A stretch of 64,000 nt of DNA from Heteronotia binoei (taxonomy: Eukaryota), in the NCBI RefSeq assembly GCF_032191835.1, contig NC_083228.1, forward strand, positions 74,214,001 to 74,278,000. The letters run 5' to 3'. Of this stretch, positions 1 through 12,047 are shown in pieces (position 1 is the first letter of the stretch; the number at the start of each line of letters is the position of its first letter). The translations under genes and the position numbers were made by a program. The notes under the pieces were generated by a model. It was given only the letters and a program-made list of their open reading frames with translations, was not told where the DNA came from and ran no database searches.

Positions 1-82
1 TGCTAGTCTCCGCTTCCTACCAAATGATATTCAGAAGTCCATACCCACAGAAGAAGGAGGGGAAATCTTTCAAAATAAATAC

Positions 83-226
83 CTGTCCAGTTTTATATGT
101 CACTTCTCGCTTCTTTGCAACCTCTTCCACTATAGAGTCCTCAACAAGAACATTATCAGTTAATTTGAATGAGAGCAGTAGTCTCTCTTGCTCGGGCTCA
201 CACTTTAAGACAATCACCTTGACCAC
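83..226 (-). CDS. PDCD11: PDCD11/RRP5 coding exon (exon 14 if the non-coding exon is 1); gene continues beyond the left edge
   Basis: Translates VVKVIVLKCEPEQERLLLSFKL...TYKTGQ, matching RRP5 S1-repeat sequence; AG/GT boundaries; 144 nt, phase 0/0. Confidence 0.93.
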
Positions 227-324
227 CTAGTTGACAAAAAAGGAGATTAAAAACAAGATTAATATCACTAGGATATTGACATTCAGACTTACAGGCAGGT
301 CGACCCTCACACTATGAATGTAGT

Positions 325-432
325 CAGGGCTTTTTTTGAGCAGGAATGCAGTTCCGGCTGGCTTGGTGTCAGGGACTGTGGCCTAATATGCAAACAAGTT
401 CCTGCTGGGCTTTCTCTACAAAAAAAGCCCTG
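325..432. mobile_element. hAT-type MITE (CAGGGCTTTTTTT termini)
   Basis: TIR CAGGGCTTTTTTT...AAAAAAAGCCCTG; 8-bp TSD AATGTAGT/GATGTAGT. Confidence 0.8.
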
Positions 433-681
433 GATGTAGTATAAAACATGCAGGGTTCCTAGCTTTCTCTTAACTTTCTATTGATTTATTTAGGTCATTA
501 TATTCATATTTCTGATAATTTTAGTCTGCATATATTATATGAGTTATATATGAGCAAAAAAAAGAGAAAAAAAGAATCAATATTCTCTAATAGTTAACTG
601 TAGGCACATTAAGGATAACATGTAAAACTGGAGAAGTTATAATGGATCTTGAGATGCTCTTAACATTTAGTTAGTGCTTAC

Positions 682-933
682 CTGGCCTTCATAGAAAGCT
701 TCCTGAGGAACAGTAATGGGCGCCAAACCAAGCTCATTCTTGGGGACCAGACCTTTTATGTCATTGTAGAACTTCACAATACAGCCAAACTCCCTAGCAC
801 ACACAACAAATCCATGGGTAACTAGACCTGGCTTTGCATCTTCATAGCTAGCAAGAATAGGGAGTTTAGAAGTGACAAGACTTTTCTTAAGTGTCAGAAT
901 AAGCATCTTTGTGTCAGGATTGCAAGCAAGCAC
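682..933 (-). CDS. PDCD11: PDCD11 exon 13
   Basis: VLACNPDTKMLILTLKKSLV...GCIVKFYNDIKGLVPKNEL...FYEGQ; 252 nt; AG/GT. Confidence 0.95.
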
Positions 934-1640
934 CTGAAAGAGAAAGAAACCAGAATGATGCATGTGGAGTAAAAAAACGCACCAAACTTGTGATTTGAAG
1001 CAAGAAGAGATTAAACCTCATTCAAATAATGGTATTAGTCTAAACACAGCTAGAAAAAAAGGTGACTGGAGATCAGAACAGAATAACAGAACCACAGAGT
1101 CGGAAGGGGCCATACAGGGCATCTAGTCCAACATGCTGCTCAATGCAAGATCAGTCTAGAGCATCCCTGTCAAGTGTTTGTCCAGTTGCTGCTTAATGGA
1201 ACCATAGAGACAGCTTCATTATTGAGCTCCTTATAATATAATTTATTTAGTGCATTTTTACCCTACCTTTCTTCCACAGAGCTGATGGTGCCATATGTTC
1301 TTCCCTCCTCCACTTTATCCTCATGACAATCTGGTGAGGTAGGCTAGGTTGAACATGTGTGACTGCCCAGATCTTAACCTAATTCTCTAACTACTACATA
1401 TCCAATGCAAAAACACTGAAAGTAACCACCAGTGTTTCATAGCATTTAAACGATGAAACATCCTGTGTGACTGTTGTTCACTTAAATATTTAGGCGATAA
1501 GGCAGAAGTCATTCTGTCTCTTTTTTGGGGGGACGGGGGTATTTTGTATTTTTATGGGTATGTGTGCATCTGGAAGTCATGTCAACCTCTGGTGACTGAC
1601 ACCTACTGGGGGCCTGGAGGATATTTAGAGAGGTGGCTGA

Positions 1641-3683
1641 TAGGGATGTGCATTCGGTTCGGCCGAACCGTATTTACAGCCGAATCACCACTGATTCGGC
1701 TGTATACGGAATAGGCTGCAGCCAATCCCCATAGGCGCCCATTATACGGCAGCCAAATACGGCTCGCCGTATACTTACGAATGGCTATTCGGAAGTATAT
1801 GACTGTCAATTCAAAAGGCGGGAAAGTAGCTTCTGCAGCCTCAAAGGAGCTGCTTGCCTACTTTCCCGCCTTTAGTTGCCTTTTCCCGCCTCTCCCATAG
1901 CCTCCCTGGGATCAGGGAGGGGGGGAGGGGGAAGAGGAGCCCCAGCAGCCAATCCAAAGCATGCATTTGCAAAATGCATTGCAAATGCATGCTTTGCAGG
2001 GCTTTTTAAGGAGTCTTCCTTCCTGGCTGGACTCCTCCATTGCTGCTGTGTGTGAGAGATTGTGCTGCTGCTGGCTGGCCCTTGGCTTCAGCTGCTGCCT
2101 GCTGCTCTCTCACTCAGCCTTACCAGACTTCCCCTGGACTAGAGAAGACAAGGTAAGACAGTCTTGGGGTTCTTGTTTTTATTTATTGTTGGTAAAAGGA
2201 CTTTTTAAGACTTAGAGTCCCTTTACTTATCCAGATTTGGGTGGTGGTGGTGGTGGGGTAGCTTATTTGGGGTTAGGGGTTTCTGCTTGGGGAGGGGGCC
2301 TGGGGTGGGGGGGTTGCCAATTTGCCCATATCTAATTTAGTGAGAGGACTTTTAAAAGTGCAGTGTCCTTTTACTTCTCCTGATTTGGGTGACTTGGATT
2401 TCTTGGGGTTAGGGTGAAGGGTTTTTTGGGGGGGGAGGGGTTGGCAAAGTTCCTGTATTGTTAAAAGTTAATTTTTTTACTGTTTTAAAAGTATTCAGTG
2501 TTTGATTTGTTGCTGCTGTGTTGTGCTGCTGCTGTTACTCTTCTCTTCGGGTTCTTGGGGGGGGGGTGTGCTGTTTGGCCTAATTTCCATTGTTTAAAAG
2601 GCCACTTTTGTCCCCCTTTTCCTGGTTCTGGTTTTAGGGGGGGGGGGTGTTGTTGACTGATTTGGCCTGAGCTTTCTTGTTGGTGAAAAGGCCACTTTTT
2701 TAACACTTGGCCTTTTGTGATTCTGCTGGTTTTGTTTTGGTTTTTTTAAATTACCTCTGGTTGGTGTGGGGGTTGGTGAGGGTGTGTGTGGGCTGTGTGG
2801 GCTGGGTCACTTTCTTGTTTTTATAGAGTAGATTATGTGTTCTGTGGCAGGGAAGCTGGCACCTGGGTGAGAGACCCAGAACCAGCAGGCTTGTTGTGGT
2901 TGGCCAGCTCTCCCCGTGTTGTTTGGGGCAGGGCTGGAGAGCTGGCATCTGTAGATTGTGTGTTCTGTGGCAGGGAAGCTGGCACCTGGGTGAGAGACCC
3001 AGAACCAGCAGGCTTGTTGTGGTTGGCCAGCTCTCCCCATGTTGTTTGGTGCAGGGCTGGAGAGCTGGCATCTGTAGATTGTGTGTTCTGTGGCAGGGAA
3101 GCTGGCACCTGGGTGAGAGACCCAGAACCAGCAGGCTTGTTGTGGTTAGCCAGCTCTCCCCGTGTTGTTTGGGGCAGGGCTGGAGAGCTGGCATCTGGGT
3201 TTGCTGCAGCCAGGTCTGCAGAGCAGACCTTGAGCAGATTGTGTTTTGTGTGGCAGTGACGTTGGCAACTGGGTTTATATTGCTTCCAGGCCTGCAGGGT
3301 TCATTGATTTCAATGGCCCATAGGGTATAATGATGGAATAGGGGCACCCTCTTTGGGTGCCCCTGGAATGGGATCCCCTGGCCCAATCTTTTTGGGACTC
3401 GGGGGGGTTGGAGGGGAGAGTCCCCTGCAGGTCCCCTGCAAATTTGGAGGCTCTCCCTCAAACCCCCTCCCCTCCATGCGGCTTCAAGTATACCCTATTT
3501 GCCATTGATTTCAATGGCCCATAGGGTATAATAGGGCCGTATATTCGGTAATAGCCGCGCATCTACCGTATATGCGGCTATTCCGAATGCGGTATTCAGG
3601 AGTATACGGGGATTCCGAATTTTTTCCCCCGTATACTTCCGAATCCGTGTAAAACCGAATTTTTTTTTTTTTGCACATCCCTA
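1641..3683. mobile_element. 2043-bp non-autonomous hAT element
   Basis: TIR TAGGGATGTGCA...TGCACATCCCTA; perfect 8-bp TSD GTGGCTGA (1633-1640, 3684-3691). Confidence 0.9.
2828..3196. repeat. Tandem repeat, 3 x 123 bp
   Basis: Units start at 2828, 2951 and 3074; near-identical. Confidence 0.95.
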
Positions 3684-3714
3684 GTGGCTGAATAGAGCTC
3701 GCCCCTGTCTTCCT

Positions 3715-3797
3715 GACTTGGTATTTCAAGGAGGTCTCCCATCCAAGTAATAACCAGAGCTGACCCTCCTTAGCTTCTGAGATCTGATAAGATCGGG
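3715..3797 (-). mobile_element. 5S rRNA-derived SINE head (body split by the hAT insertion)
   Basis: Reverse complement CCCGATCTTATCAGATCTCAGAAGCTAAGGAGGGTCAGCTCTGGTTATTACTTGGATGGGAGACC aligns to internal 5S rRNA. Confidence 0.8.
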
Positions 3798-4020
3798 AGA
3801 ATATTCAGAGAGGTGGCTGAATAGAGCTCGCCCCTGTCCTCCTGACGATATTTCAAGGAGGTCTCCCATCCATAGTGTGACTTGAACCAGAGTTTTGCAC
3901 ATTCAGCCCAACATTTTAGCCATAACACTGTGTTAATTCTCATTAACTCACCTCACTAACTCACAGCATCACAAGTGTGTAACAGTTAAAAGTACTTGAC
4001 TAAGATTTGGGAGACCCAGG

Positions 4021-4979
4021 TGTGAGGAACCAGTCAGGGTCAGCTTGGGAGGGCGATCACTATGAAATTTTTCCTGTCACCTCCACCCAGTACCTCAGGC
4101 ACACCAAAGAAAACTGTCAGAAAAATAACTAGGCACCGAACGTTTTTAAATTCAAAACCAAAAGATATTTATTGGATCACAAAAAGTCAAGGCAGGGAGT
4201 AAAATAATATTAATTAGATTATAAACAAATCAGTTGACAGGCAGAAGGTTAACTAATTAGACAATCTAAACGCCAGAGATTGACAGGCTGAGATAGTTTA
4301 AAAATATAAAACACTGGCAGGCTTAATACAATCTTTAAGAATCTTAAACAGGCAGGCAGTGCTTACTTGGCACTAGGAACACTATGCAGAGACAGAATTA
4401 TCCCCTAAGCTTGGGCTTCTTAAATCATAAAAATAATAAATGGTCACACACTCTTTGCCATACATACTGAGGACTTCTGACTTGTGCCAGATAACTATTC
4501 CCTCACAGACTCATTCACTAGCATACAGGACTCACACTTTTTGAATGCTATTACCAGCCCCTCAATCCTGTTTGTCCCACCTACCTAGAGTCCTAGTCTG
4601 ACTTTTGGGATTCCTTCCTAGCCACAAGAATCCAGTCTTTCTTTCAGTGTGTTTGAGTGTTTTAAATTGGACCAGGAGTCTGCCTTGATGTGCTGACAGA
4701 TCCCCTTAAAGTTTTTCCTTATAGAAGGTGCCTGGTGTTGGCCCCTTCTTCCCAATAACTCCACAGGCTGTTCTCAGCTCCTTCCCAGTTGCTCTCACAA
4801 CTGAACAGCTTCAGTACCAAGACTGAACTCCAACACTCAGACTGAATTCTACTCTGAGGTGGTTTTTCCCCCATGCAAGCCTCTTTGCAATTCGATACAT
4901 TCTCGTAACCATGGCTGCAGCCCAGCCAATTGTTGCAAGCTGGTCCCAGCTACCAGGATAACTGCCTGAGTTCATTACG
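4021..4979 (-). mobile_element. Solo LTR inserted into a MIR-like SINE
   Basis: Starts TGTGA, ends ATTACG (CA changed to CG); 5-bp TSD CCAGG (4016-4020, 4980-4984); flanks rejoin as GGGAGACCCAGG|TTCAAATCC; orientation from a minus-strand AATAAA at ~4168. Confidence 0.75.
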
Positions 4980-5258
4980 CCAGGTTCAAATCCTCACTCT
5001 GCCATGGGAGCTTGCTGGGTGGTCCTTGGGCCAGTCACACAATTTCAGCCTAACCTCCCTCATAAGTTTGTTGGGAGGATAAAAGGTAGGGGAGGGAAAC
5101 TATGTAAGCAACTTTGGGTCTCCAATGGGGAGAAAGGTATAAATGCATAAATAACGAAGGCACTTTTTTGTACCACCTTAGCACCCTGAACAACCCTCAG
5201 TGGAAAAGACCTTAAAACAATCCAAGTTTCAAGTGGACACTTATAGGAAAGCTCTTAC

Positions 5259-5405
5259 CCGAGATTTGACAGTGCTCCTCACACTATATTTCTTTTCTGG
5301 TTGTTTCAGAACCACATCAGCTAGATGCAGGTGAGGAACCAGTCCCTTGATGTGACCAGCCACTTTTACTTGCATGCCAAAGTCCTTCAGAGCAAGCACA
5401 GTGCC
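5259..5405 (-). CDS. PDCD11: PDCD11 exon 12
   Basis: Manual translation GTVLALKDFGMQVKVAGHIKGLVPHLHLADVVLKQPEKKYSVRSTVKSR; 147 nt; ttttag / gtaaga. Confidence 0.93.
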
Positions 5406-5773
5406 CTAAAATCAGAAAGAAAGTTTTTTAAAATGTGGTGGTCCTGAAAAAATGAGTTGGTACAACACTTATGTTTGAAGTAATATACAGGGTTAAACAA
5501 AAATATAAAGCATGTTAATTGAGAAGAAACTACATGGGTCCCTGCACAGAAGTTGTTGCTGCCATAATGAAAAACAGCATGGATGTACTGACATTACAGA
5601 GCAGAACTGGGCTTAAAGCATAATCCAATACACAAATGCACAGCGCTTCAAAAATATGTTAAAATAATCAGATAAATAATTAAGTGTTCAGTATGATCAC
5701 TGCAGCACCATGAGCAATCCAAGGAGCAAAAGACCTCAGAAGTTGGAGTGGACTACTCATTGGGGAGACCTAC

Positions 5774-5834
5774 CTCCACGATCTGTCCAGGATGAATATC
5801 ATGGTATCTCAAGAATGGAGCATCAATTATACGT
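5774..5834 (-). CDS. PDCD11: PDCD11 exon 11
   Basis: 1 nt + RIIDAPFLRYHDIHPGQIVE; 61 nt; phase fits upstream exon. Confidence 0.92.
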
Positions 5835-6636
5835 CTAAACACCAGAAATAAAACAATCAAAGAAAGAGAAAGAGATTGGTTTATGATAGCTGGAAAAAAG
5901 CACAACATAACTTAACATGGAAACTATCACAGGAATCATTTTCCCTTTAGGGTACATCAGCCTTTTTACAGCACAATTTAGAGGCAATTTCAAGCATGCT
6001 TACTTGGACATAAGCTCCAGTGAGTTCAAATGACTTACCTCTCAGTAATCATGTTTAAGGATTTGGTTGTTCAGCACACCATTTGTCAGATAACCCTTAG
6101 TCCATTCATCCTCCCAACAACTCGCAGCTTTCTAACCTAACTAACATTTTAAATTATGCAAGGTTCCAATGCCACCATTGTTAAAAAGAAAACTTCTCAA
6201 AATAGTTTCCAACCAAAACATATTTTGTTAATACAATTCCCATCATGGTTTCCCGAAATTGAACATTTGCTATGACAAGCCTGGAACACAGCTTTCAGCT
6301 AGAATGCCTGTTGAGTATCTCTGTGAAAAACTCTTATTTTGTAATCTTGTCTTATCTAGAAACAAAGATCCCAAAAATCTCCTCAGTCAGGGCCTTAGAC
6401 TACTACAACATATGGTACATTGCTGTCTGTCTGTCATCCAGTGTTTCTTGGTCATTCATAGCAAACTTCAGCTTGCTATACTGTTTATTTTGTGAGCTGG
6501 AAAAAAAATTCTTCAAATGCAATATGCTGGACACTTTTCATTTCATGGTTTTAATATAAAATACATAGTTTTTAATGTTTAAAAAAAGATATGGTACAAT
6601 AAAGTTGCTATAAGCTAAGATATTGGATTTATAAAA

Positions 6637-6913
6637 AAGATACTGGATTTATATCCCTCCCTATACTCTAAATCTCAGGGTCTCACAGTGGTCACAATCT
6701 CCTTTACCTCCTCCCCCCCCCAAAACAGAGACCCTGTGAGGTAGGTGGGGCTGAGAGGGTTCTCACAGCAGCTGCCTTTTCAAGGACAACTCCTATGAGA
6801 GCTACGGCTGATCCAAGGCCATTCCAGCAGCTGCAAGTGGAGGAGTGGGGAATCAAACCCAGTTCTCCCAGATAAGAGTCCGCACACTTAACCACTACAC
6901 CGAACTGGCTCTC
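6637..6913 (-). mobile_element. tRNA-derived SINE (Squam3-like)
   Basis: Reverse complement of the copy at 31149-31432. Confidence 0.8.
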
Positions 6914-7777
6914 AGGAGACCAACACAACCTGAATGTGAGAGCAACCTAAACTAATGACAGTGTGGGGTAATGGTTAATGTATTGGACTAGGATCTCTGG
7001 GAACCAGGAGCAAATCTCCTTCCTGCCATGACAGCTATCTGGGCGAACTTGGCCAGTTAGTCCCTTTCAGCCTAGTCTACCTCACAGCACTGCTATTGTG
7101 CCAATAAAATCAAGGAGTCAAGAACAATGTTATAAGCGGCTTTGGATCTCCATTGGGGAGGACAGTGGGATATAAACAAATACATAGAAACCAATTTTAG
7201 ACACATATACTTCAAAGCAACTGCTACTATTTTCAACTGGACTTATGCTCAGGTACAAGTTGTTGTATGATTGCAGCATTAGTTATTTGCCCGCCCATGC
7301 TGCTAGCACTCTTTCTTTACTGGGCAATTCCGGAAGTTATTGAATTAAGAGTCCTCTGAAAGGGACTACCTCTCAAACAACTATTAACTGTGCAAAATTC
7401 TTCGCAGCTGCTTACAGAATACCCCAGGGATCCACAGAAACAAGTTGATTTGTTTTATTTCAGGGTGAATTAGAATTTTTATCTAGTTTTATATTATTTC
7501 TCTTGACTGTTTTATTCTGATCTATGATCATAATAAATAGATAGATAGAATTAACCTCAACAATACTTTTGTAGCTGCATAAATGCTGATAGTGCCTAAG
7601 AGACTGAGCTGTGATTGGGGAGGAGAGGGTCCCCCATTCAAAGCTCACCTCGGCCACAAACTCAGTAGATAGCCTTAGGAAGCCACATTCTTTAAGCCTC
7701 AATTTTTTTAGCTTGCAATTATGGCGATAATAATACTGGTCTACCTGTTGCCAGATTACTGCAATAGTAAGTATTAA

Positions 7778-7967
7778 GAGCCCCGTGACACAGAGTGTTA
7801 AAGCTGCAGTACTGCAGTCCTAAACTCTGCTCACGACCTGAATTCAATCCCAGCAGAAGGCAATGGCAAACCATCCCGTAAAAAAGTCTGCCGTGAAAAC
7901 TTTGTGAAAGCAACATCACCCCAGAGTCGGAAATAACTGGTGCTTGCACAGGGGACCTTTCCTTTCC
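7778..7967 (+). mobile_element. Sauria-type SINE (internally deleted)
   Basis: Head GAGCCCCGTGACACAGAGTGTTAAAGCTGCAG; tail GCTTGCACAGGGGACCTTTCCTTTCC. Confidence 0.6.
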
Positions 7968-8460
7968 TAAGTACTATTATTAGCTAAAGCAGCAACACTT
8001 AAAAGTATTTTGCAAGACACTTCTGACACTTCTTACAAATGAAATGGTTAGACACATATAGAACTGATAACTATCTGTTTCACAGATTAGCATGAAACAT
8101 ACACTTAAGTCTTTTGGAACTATGACTATTTTCTATTAAGCAATGGGATACATGAAGCTGCCATTAGATCAGGCCCCTGGTCCATCTATCTCAGTATTCT
8201 GTAATTCTGGCAATGGCTCTCCATAATCTCAGGCAAAGAGTGGTGTTTCACAACATGTGCTGCCTCAGACCTATTAATCTAGGAGATACTAGGGAGTCTG
8301 TACCTGGGAATTTCTGCATGCAAACATTCATATTATCACTGAACTAGAGTCCCTTCCTAAGGAATTTTAAGAAATGGGCATATGTTCAAAACATGAGTAT
8401 ATAAAATTAGTTAACACTCCAATTTACACAAACTACACTGAGATGAGACCAGAAACTTAC

Positions 8461-8585
8461 TGTTTGAGGGACAACAATAACATATCATCGATAGAGCTGT
8501 AGTCAATAATTCGGCACTTATGCTTGCTTCCAGGCTTAAAGGATTCACGTTTGAAAGACTTGGAAGTATTTGAAAGATGTTTTAA
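8461..8585 (-). CDS. PDCD11: PDCD11 exon 10
   Basis: [41 protein letters not shown] + 2 nt; 125 nt; gtaagt donor. Confidence 0.92.
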
Positions 8586-9572
8586 CTAAAAACATAAATG
8601 ATTACAATTACATTCCACATCATTTTTAAATATTATCATCATTCCTCTATACTACATTAGAGATGGGGAAAGTATTCTAAGTCTATTTCATTTTATTATG
8701 CAACAGTACTTCTGTTTTGCAAGCCTTCTTTAACTAATGTCAGGGAAGCTCCCTGAATACAGTTAAAGCACAAGCAAAGTCAGTTTATACACTGTTTATA
8801 AGCCTTCATTGTCGTCAGTCAATGTAAAGGCTTGGGCTGGGTCCTTGCCCATCACACAAGCAGGGCACTGTCCAGGGAGAGGGCTTTAGATAAAGTATAT
8901 AAAAGGACTCTTTCTATACATTAGTCCATTCCAGACACAGAGCTCCACAGAGCTTTGTCAGTGTTTGGGGCTGCATAACCCCCTTCCTTTTATGGCTCCA
9001 AAGCTCTTCTGGGGACTTCTGCACTGCTCTATGTGGCAATCAGTATCCAACAACTCAAATGGGAAACAAGATAAATACTTGATTTCTGAGTTGATTGCTT
9101 AGACATTCAGCAAAAGATTCTCTTCATTAAACATGCAAATGTTGAAATGAAAATCAAAACTTGTAAATATTTGGCTCAGATTTGCAGAAAGCAAAGCAAT
9201 CTCCAAAGTCCTGTTGGAGACTAGTTTCTTCTTCCCTAGCATAAATTATAATGTGACAACATGCTTTAAGAGACCCACTTTCATTGTTGCTCTATAACCC
9301 CAGTGTGATCACACTGCAAAGGAATCCAGACAAGCTCTTAACTAGTTTCAGACTCAATGTTGTTCTGGATTCTCTGCAACCCAGCATGGTAAAAAGCAAT
9401 TAATAAAACTCCACAGGGGGTGGAGGAAAAATCTACAAAGTTTTGGAGCATAAGCATATTTTCCCTGGTGCTTAAAAACTTGCAAACTGGTCACAGGGTG
9501 AGCTTTCCCACAAGATTTCCAAATGTTGGGTGCTACCACTAAAACATGGCACAATTGGTTCCGGCTACTTAC

Positions 9573-9779
9573 ATTTGCAAAAGCAAGAGTGCCATCATCC
9601 AATATGAAGACAGCACCAGCATTTTTATGAAAGCTTCTCACTCTTGCGTGTGCCACTAGTGCACCAATCCGATCACTAGAGAGATGACCAAGCTGAGTGC
9701 CAGGCTGAAGGAAAACTGGGCGCAAAGAAAGGCGTATTGCTTTGGAGGTGGGGTTAACAGAGAGAATGCAGGCTTTCAC
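9573..9779 (-). CDS. PDCD11: PDCD11 exon 9
   Basis: VKACILSVNPTSKAIRLSLRPVFLQPG...LDDGTLAFAN; 207 nt; inside ORF 9354..9797. Confidence 0.93.
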
Positions 9780-10738
9780 CTGAAAGGAGGAGAACAAATA
9801 GAGAATTTTTTTTTAATTTTCCATAGGTTGCATCAATACATAATGTACCAGACTGATAATGTAACTTTTAAGAAAGCTCCAATTTAGCTGTCTGAAGGCA
9901 AGGAGCAGTTTATGAATGTGTCCATGTTTATCCTATTCCACACCATCTCTTCTCCCCAAAATTCCATAATCATCTGGAAACCTGAATCACAACAGCAAAC
10001 TTATGAAACACAAAAGGAAATACATAAGCATAATTACATAATATATTCTAATTGTGGAATTGTGTTTAAACAAAAACAAAACCATGCTGCATAATATGCA
10101 CAGTCATGTAGTGCTCTATATATACAAACCTGAACAGGCACAGCTGTAGCTATAAGAAATCTGAACCATCCAAACGGCTACTTTAAAGGTGCCCAGGGGC
10201 TTAGGCATGCTCAGGTTGGGATTTAACCTCCAGACTCTTGCATCACATCACAAACTGCTTTTGAAGCTCTGATCATCTTCAGGAGAATGATTGCAAGCAG
10301 TATGGAGGCTGCCCTTACAGAAACATAAGTGCAAAGCCCACGGGAAAGCAACATAATCCCAGATATTACAAATAACTTCATAAAAAAAAGCAGCAGCTCT
10401 CAAGAGTGCTGAAAATAAAGATGCGTAACTATGGTTTTTACTATAGGACAGTGTGACTCAAATGAGATTTTTTTAAAAAAAACAGGAAATTTTTTCAATT
10501 GATTTGTTGAACTTTAGAAATCATCAAATGTTATGAGACTGACTCCAAAACATCAAATCTTACTACTTCTAAAAAGCCAAGCACCAACTTTTTAAAACTT
10601 CCCCAATGCTGGCTGCCATATTCATGGTTCTGATTAAGTGCCTCTATCTTGATAATGGAAACATCTTCATAATTTTTTTCACTTAATAGTTTGGGTCTCA
10701 CAGTATCACTTTATGCAAGACCAGTTTAAGACACTTAC

Positions 10739-10846
10739 TATATGGCCTGGAGAGTAGTTTCTTGATTTTGTGGAACCCAGGTGCATGAAGTCCACAATTC
10801 CAGTAAAGGAAGACAGAAAACTAAGAGAAATTCCCAAAGGAGTCAC
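10739..10846 (-). CDS. PDCD11: PDCD11 exon 8
   Basis: VTPLGISLSFLSSFTGIVDFMHLGSTKSRNYSPGHI; 108 nt; AG/GT. Confidence 0.92.
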
Positions 10847-11865
10847 CTAAGAAGAACAAAACAAACAAAACTCCTACTATTGGATTAAAAATTAAAAAAT
10901 AGAGCTGATTCCCTGATCTGGATGAGGTTATAAGACAAAGAAGCTACTTCATAAGCTTTACAGACCTTTATATCTCAGATGTTCACAGGCAAAGATCTGG
11001 CTGCAGTTGCAACAAAACTTATGCTTTTAATGCATGTCTGTAGTTAAGCTAGACAGACTCAGGGGAGATTTTGGCTATAAGAAGGGGCAGGACCATGACG
11101 GGGCTATAAATGCATCCCCATACTGAAATTAACAGATGCTGTGCAAAAGCATGGTAATGCTCACCTCCCCTTCCTTCTAATAAAAATTGCACACAAGGCT
11201 TGTTGGACAAGAATGTTCCATCTTAATTAACAGAAGAAGGAGGGTGCCATTTGGATTCTCTGTCCCAAGCACCAATACAGCTTAGGACCAACCCTGCTAA
11301 CTGGATAGTTTGCTGGCTGTTCTGTTGTGGGAGTTCTTGCTTTCTCCACTGCTATTAGAAAAAAGCAGAATAAAGTTATGTTGAAGATGTACTTAACTTG
11401 TATCTCATTCTCCTCCAAATATCTCAGTGAAGTGATGCATTAGGAGACAAAAGGATTCCCTTTCATGCAGAGCAGTCAGCAAACCATGTGAGAAAAACCA
11501 CAGTTGCTATCAAGTAGACCAGTCTTCTCTATTTCCCAAATTCAATAGGCAATACACAGAATATATTTGTGCTTTTGCCCCTAGAGAAGTAATTATACAA
11601 TGTATGAGCATGTGTGAATCAGCCCTCACTTTTGATTCAATATACGTAGAATTGTTCAGTATGTGCCTCCTTGTCTCATGGGGGTAAAAGAAAGATTTAC
11701 AAAAGGTATGCTATGACTTCCATATTATCTAGTACAGCATAGAATTTGCAGTTAGAGATCATCAAGCAGACCTTTAAAAACCATTCAGGTCTTTGTATAT
11801 TAAAGCAAAAAAAAATTAAAAGGTTGTCTTTGTCCTAGTCCTTTATCTCAGTAACGCAGGTTTAC

Positions 11866-12047
11866 CTCCTGAATCTGGGCTTTCACCACCAGCCCAGGTA
11901 GCAAACTGTAGAGTGTCCAATTTTGCACTTCTGTTGCAATGGCAGCAGCAACTTCCAACTGGCTGATGGAAATTCGGATTATCCTCCCATTGTTCTTGAC
12001 TTCATCAATAAGGCAGTTTAAGTATTGTCCTATCTTCAGTTCAGCTC
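11866..12047 (-). CDS. PDCD11: PDCD11 exon 7
   Basis: 2 nt + [20 protein letters not shown]...[13 protein letters not shown]; 182 nt. Confidence 0.94.

Noticed and set aside
2751-3461. 236-aa repeat protein ORF; also a CRISPR-like array
   Set aside because: Produced by a 123-bp tandem repeat inside a transposon; no unique spacers, no cas genes, eukaryotic context
3715-3797. 5S rRNA genes (also ~25860, ~28820, ~43220)
   Set aside because: Partial, diverged and fused to SINE bodies
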